DNA from: Eledone cirrhosa
Taxonomy: Eukaryota
Direction: 5' to 3'
Length of the DNA stretch: 64,000 nt
Assembly: GCA_964016885.1 (NCBI GenBank)
Contig: OZ024756.1
Location: forward strand, 31,806,001 to 31,870,000
The notes beneath the pieces are model-generated. The model saw nothing but the letters and a program-made list of their open reading frames with translations. It was not told the DNA's origin and searched no databases. The translations under genes were made by a program, and so were the position numbers. How positions within the stretch are numbered: the first letter of the stretch is position 1; each line of letters opens with the position of its first letter. Below are positions 58,105 through 64,000 of this stretch, piece by piece.

Positions 58105-58841
58105 TACGAGGTTCGGCTGTAAAGTTAATAGGCTGTAACAGTTCATAGATTGACCAAGATGCTCTCATGAAATGACCAAATGTGGTTTATTTTTCAACAT
58201 AGTCTGTGGACAGACGGTTTTAAAGAAGAAGAGTTGAAATTAATGGTAGTAAGATTTCACAGCTCTGGCATCACTCCTTCAAAGGCTGACCAAGTAGTTT
58301 GCAACTTAGTTCCTGGAAAGAAACAATGCAGTTATTAATAAGAAGAGTTGAAATTAATGGTGGTAACATTTCACAGCTCTAGCATCACTCCTTCATAGGC
58401 TGACTCAGAAACTTCCATGGATTAACCAAATCAGGTTTATTTTTCAACATAGTCCCTGGAAAGAAACCATGCAGTTTTAAAGAAGAAGAGTTGAAATTGA
58501 TGTTGGTAAGATTTCACAGCTCTAGCATCACTCCTACATAGACTGACCAAGATACTCTCATGGAATGAGGTTTATTTTACAACATAGTCCCCGGAAAGAA
58601 ACAATGAATTTATTAATAAGAAGAGTTGAAATAAATGTTGGTAAGATTTCACAGCCCTAGCATCACTCCTTCATAGGTTGACCAAGATATTCTCATATAA
58701 TGACAACATTTTACAACATAGTCCCTGGAAAGAAACCATCCATTTTAAATAAGAGGAGCTGATATTAATGCTGGTAAGATTTCCCATTTCTAGCATAAAT
58801 CCTTCATTGTTAGATTATGAACTTTTCAGCTGAAGCTCGTA
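58105..58841. mobile_element. Mariner-type MITE with internal ~120-bp unit amplified about five times
   Basis: TIRs tacgaggttcggctgtaaagttaata / tatgaacttttcagctgaagctcgta with TA ends; aagaagagttgaaattaatg...tttcacagctctagcatcactcct recurs five times. Confidence 0.85.
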
Positions 58842-59591
58842 GAAAATGTATGAATAATAATAATAATGCTGCTGCTGGTGTTGCTGTTGTTATTGTTGTT
58901 TCTGTTGTTGCTGGTGTTGCTGTTGTTATTGTTGTTGCTGTTTTATATATCGTTGAAACACTGTCTGTTGTTCAAAGAACTTAAATGCTTTAAAATGTTG
59001 TGTCTGATGATGATGATGTGTGTTTTAGTTGCACGATCAATGGAACAGCCTGCTCTTGAAATTAACTTGGAAGCTGCTGAGCAAGTATTTTAGATGTTTG
59101 TTCTAGTTGTTTGTTTGAACCTGGAAACAACCTGCCCTTAACATTAGCGTGGAAGTACCCGAGGGTTTCAAAAACTCGTTGTTATAGTTAGTTTGAACAT
59201 GGTAACCATCTGTTCTTAAAATCAACATAACAGTACCCGAGCATTTCAAAAACTCGTCATTCGAATTGTTTCAGCAACGTAACAGACTGATCATAAAATT
59301 AAGAAGTAAATGATCGAGTATTCCATAGATGTAGGCAGCCATAACGCAGTTCTCAGGGCGATTCATGGAGATTCAACGTGATATTATGATACAACTAACT
59401 ATTGTCTCCTATGCTGACTGACACAACGTGAAATATAGTGTTTTGCTCAAAGATCTTTCCTGAGGATATTTAAATGTTATCTAATTGCATCAAAATTGAA
59501 ACGTACGTAGAACTTAATAAGATGCATTGTAGTATCCTTTTTGGATTTCCAGCTGCATATCATATATATATATACATACACACACACACAC

Positions 59592-59655
<64 letters not shown>

Positions 59656-60257
59656 AGAGAGAGAGAGAGAGTGATCCGCTAAGGTGAAACAATTGTTCTC
59701 GGTATGGTGAACTAACTGTTGTGTTACTACCTCTCTCTCTCTCTCTATATATATATATAAGAGTTGTTTTTTCTTGTGAAAATGGGTACAGCTTTTATTA
59801 TGTAAAATCGCCTCATTTTGCCTCATTTCTCCCCGTTTTGGGGCACTCTTTTTCATGGTACTCTCCGTTTGGATTTTTTGAGGTTGGCACGTATGCCATA
59901 GAAATATCCCTGGCTGTAATATTTAAAATTGCATGTCGGTTAAACTGCACAGAAATTTAGTAGGAATACAACGTAAAACGAATTTAAATCTAATGACAAC
60001 GATTGTATCAGTTAAAGCAATATTCCAAAGATAATTTTCTGTATGGAGCACTATTGAGATTTCACTGAGACGATAAGACCGAGAAATTTTGAAAGGTTGA
60101 TGAACTCCAGAAAGTTATTGTTCTAAACATAAAAGAGGAAAGAAAAAAAAGAAATAAGTCTTTGATAAATATATAAAAAGGTTAAACTGGAACATATTCG
60201 TATCTTCAATAAAAAGCACAAACATACACATATATGCATACCTACGTACACACATAC

Positions 60258-60377
<120 letters not shown>

Positions 60378-60514
60378 CTGTGTGTATGTGTTGAAATACT
60401 GAAGCTAATAAAAAACCATACAAATACACGTATACCAACATACAGACACGCAAAGACACAGAGACACACAGAGACACATACACACGCAGTGACAGACACA
60501 CACACACACACACA

Positions 60515-60555
<41 letters not shown>

Positions 60556-60560
60556 GTTTT

Positions 60561-60599
<39 letters not shown>

Positions 60600-60805
60600 A
60601 TATACCCGTGTGTATATGTTGAAATACTCAAGCTTAAAGAAAAAGATACAGACACACAAACACACATAGACATACAGAGACACAGACAGACAAACACACA
60701 AACACACACAGACACACAGACACACAGACACACAGACACACACACGCACACACACACACATACACACACATATATATATATATATTCATACACATGTATA
60801 TATAT

Positions 60806-60872
<67 letters not shown>

Positions 60873-60903
60873 TGTATGTATGTATATATATATATGTGTA
60901 TGA

Positions 60904-60924
<21 letters not shown>

Positions 60925-60937
<13 letters not shown>

Positions 60938-61037
60938 ACGTTTATGTATGTGCTTTCATTTAGTTTGTGTATATATATATATATATATATACACAACCTA
61001 AATGAAAGCACATACATAAACGTACACACACACACAC
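60925..61037. repeat. Inverted repeat centred on (TA)n
   Basis: gtacgtttatgtatgtgctttcatttag.ttgtgt-(TA)n-acacaa.ctaaatgaaagcacatacataaacgtac. Confidence 0.9.
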
Positions 61038-61484
61038 ATACACATACACACACACACATCTACACTAACATATACAAAGATACATACAACGCAAAAGATG
61101 AAAGCATTTATTAAATTTTTTTTTTTTAATAAAAAGGAAAAAAAATTATGAATATTCCTCCAGCTATTCGAAATTCAATTTCCAATTGTCGGCCCCGTGA
61201 GCAAACACGACATAAATAGTGGCGGCCATGATTTATGGTCTTTTTCTTATACAGACATCAAATATTGTTTGTACTGAAAGGCCACGCGTCTCAATGGTGA
61301 AATGGTCAGTTTTGTAGATTTAATGAGATAGCAAGAATCTAATCACTTTACGTTAAAAAGAACAAAATAAAACTAAATAAAACTAAATAAAACGAAATAA
61401 AACTGAACAAAACTAAACAAAACTGAACAAAACTGAACAAATATGAATTTGTATTGTGTGGTATACATCCATGTATGTTTGTAA

Positions 61485-61515
<31 letters not shown>

Positions 61516-61789
61516 TGTATGTATGTATGTATGTATGTTCTTCTGGTTTTATAATTTCACAAATTTTTTCCCAATAGAGAGAGAGAGTCGGTTTATAACA
61601 TAGACACAAGGAATTTACACATTGGAATTTACACAACATCACCTAGGTAGATTATGTATGCATGTCTGCATGCATGTGTGTGTAGATATGGATGTTATTG
61701 TATGTGTGGATGTGTATGTTTTGAGTTGTATGTGTGCATGTGTATATGCTTTGTATCTGTACATGTGTATATGCAGTTATTAGATGCAA

Positions 61790-61963
61790 CATTTTTGGAA
61801 TGTTTTACATATTTTTACTGTTCCATTAATGGATTGTACTTGTAATTTCCTAACTAGTTGTGTTCTTTCTGTTCCTGTGAAGCCCAGCTTCTCAAGATTT
61901 GTATTAAGGCAGTTACTGTTATGTATGTATGTATGTATGTATGTATGTATGTATGTATGTATG

Positions 61964-61997
<34 letters not shown>

Positions 61998-62151
61998 TGT
62001 ATGTGCATATGTACGTATGCATGTGTATATGTTTGTGTATATGTATGTGTGTAAGTCTGTATATGTATGTATGTAATGGCCATACTCGATAACGAGAGGG
62101 CAGCCATTATGTATGTATGTATGTATGTATGTATGTATGTATGTATGTATG

Positions 62152-62185
<34 letters not shown>

Positions 62186-62685
62186 TGTATATATGTATGT
62201 ATGAATGTATGTATGTAAATATGTATGTATGTATGGGTATAAGTATGTATGAGTGTGTGTTTCTCATTCTCTTAATTTTGAGTACACTTTTGACTGGCCA
62301 CCTCCCAGGTGGCAAGGTTGTGAAAGAAAAGAAATTGTCATCTTTTGAATCATGTATATATTTATGTATGTATGTATTTATGTGTGTACATATGCATATG
62401 TATGTATGTGAGTATGCATACATATATGTATACGTGTATGTATATTTATTAATATATGTATGAATGTATGTATGAATTTGTGTATATATGTCTATGTAAG
62501 TGTATGTTTATATGCATTTATGTATGTATTTATGTCTGTCTGTAACTTTCTCTTTATTTTGAGTTTATTTTTAAGCGGCCATTTTCCTGGAAATTTTCTT
62601 TGTCATTTACGCAACAGTTCATCCTTTGAAATCGTAACAATATTTTACAGACTTTGAATCTTCCTGCTATCGTGGTCATTTCCAC
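61790..62685 (-). mobile_element. Several short 3' fragments of the (CATA)n-associated R4-clade LINE (61790-61920, 62260-62351, 62545-62685)
   Basis: LEKLGF...LQVQSINGTVKICKTF matches the 44489 ORF end; ggccacct.cc.ggtggcaaggttgt 3' UTR shared. Confidence 0.8.
62077..62108 (+). mobile_element. Isolated RTE-type 3' tip in (TATG)n
   Basis: ggccatactcgataacgagagggcagcca resembles ggccgtactcgaaaacgagttggcagcca of the bipartite family. Confidence 0.55.
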
Positions 62686-62694
62686 CTTATGAAT

Positions 62695-62910
62695 AATGGT
62701 TTCTCATTTAGGCACAAGGCCAGCAATTTAGAGGAAGGGGTAAGTCGATCAAATTGACCCCAGTACGTGACTGGTACTTTATTTTATCGACTCCGTAAGG
62801 ATGAAAGGTAAAGTTAACCTCGGCGGGATTGGAATTCAGACCTTAAAGGGTCGTAACTCTTTGTTGCAAAGCTTGGCGTCTGACCCTCTAACGATACTGC
62901 CAATCCACCT
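62695..62910 (-). mobile_element. SINE family A, full length
   Basis: Family A motifs; ccaccttatgaataa occurs on both sides (62682, 62905), compatible with a target-site duplication. Confidence 0.88.
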
Positions 62911-63533
62911 TATGAATAACGAAGCTGCGTTCTTCCTCCGCGATTCCTACTTGAGTCACATGTGGGTTGATCCATGTAGGTTGGCATATAGACTGTATCT
63001 CCGATAAAAATAGGTAGGAAGCTTACACTATCCATTAATTGTCGGTAAGTGTCTTGCTTCTCTTTTGATTTTCTTACAACATTGGCATCGAGTGGGAATC
63101 TGGCTTCTACAAAAGAACAGGCTTTAATCTATGGCCCCCAACAACAATATAAGGTCAGTTTTGTTTCAATTTGTATATTTTTTTAAAGGTTCCACCAATA
63201 TTATTTTGAGTCATCATAAGAAGACATTCATCTATATTTGTATTTCCTTTCTTTATTTATTTAAAATTATGTATTATATTTAGTATTTAGCTCAACATTA
63301 TAACTTATCACTGCGTTACCAGGAGTTTCAAAACGATGATACGGCATCAGATATCATCTTATACATGGACACGATCTCATCTTGAAACCACTGGAAATGC
63401 GGAGTTAAGCCAGGCTACTAATACAAATACGCATAACTTCTTTGCTTGCACCGACCAGTATATATATATATGTGTGTGTGTGTGTATAAAAACATATATA
63501 CAATATATACATGTGTGTGTGAAAATATATACA

Positions 63534-63683
<150 letters not shown>

Positions 63684-63704
63684 CATATATATATATATAT
63701 ATAC

Positions 63705-63940
63705 ACACAAAAACAAGATGGCGTAGGACAGAACAAAGGAGAGGCACAAAAACAAATAAAAGAATCCCCAGTCACTGAAGAGGTCACATAATGTGTGACG
63801 AAAGAACTTTGACAATATATGAACAGTCGTCAGGTTGTGGAACCAACCAACTAAGCAGAAATTTATAATAAATTGGAGTGAAAGCAACTGGTACCTGTGT
63901 TTCTTATTGGCAACATGACCCTCCCAAAGCATAACAATAT
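63705..63940 (+). mobile_element. Penelope-like pLTR remnant, family H2
   Basis: Matches the reverse complement of 556-815; follows (TA)n. Confidence 0.65.
63771..63813 (+). ncRNA. Minimal type I hammerhead ribozyme motif
   Basis: gtca-CTGAAGA-g-gtcacat-aat-gtgtgac-GAAA-gaac-TT-tgac: perfect 4-bp stem I, 7-bp stem II. Confidence 0.7.
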
Positions 63941-64000
63941 CGGTTTCAACACACGTTTTCAGATAAAGAATCTTGCTAAACAAATTCAGAAACGAAATAT

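Overview
Very AT-rich, microsatellite-saturated metazoan DNA, intronic or intergenic. The SINE families and repeat landscape resemble a coleoid cephalopod, most likely Octopus (inference from recalled repeat families, not a search). No intact host gene can be supported, and nearly all listed ORFs are translations of simple repeats. Real coding remnants are all transposon-derived: R4/Dong-clade RLE LINEs, Tx1/L1 LINEs, a fragmented RTE LINE and a mariner N-terminus. There are also many tRNA-derived SINEs, a non-autonomous Helitron and mariner MITEs. The most interesting signals are non-coding. (1) About ten minimal type I hammerhead ribozyme motifs lie in short Penelope-like pLTR remnants, several rearranged into fold-back palindromes that pivot on the ribozyme core, two with reiterated junction repeats. 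(2) A covarying structured RNA at the 5' end of RTE-derived elements fits no ribozyme class I can assign. (3) A ~740-bp inverted duplication (49.4-50.1 kb vs 52.3-53.0 kb) has a near-identical core and diverged edges. (4) Each retroelement family sits in its own microsatellite type. All alignments and identities were estimated by eye, and boundaries are approximate.
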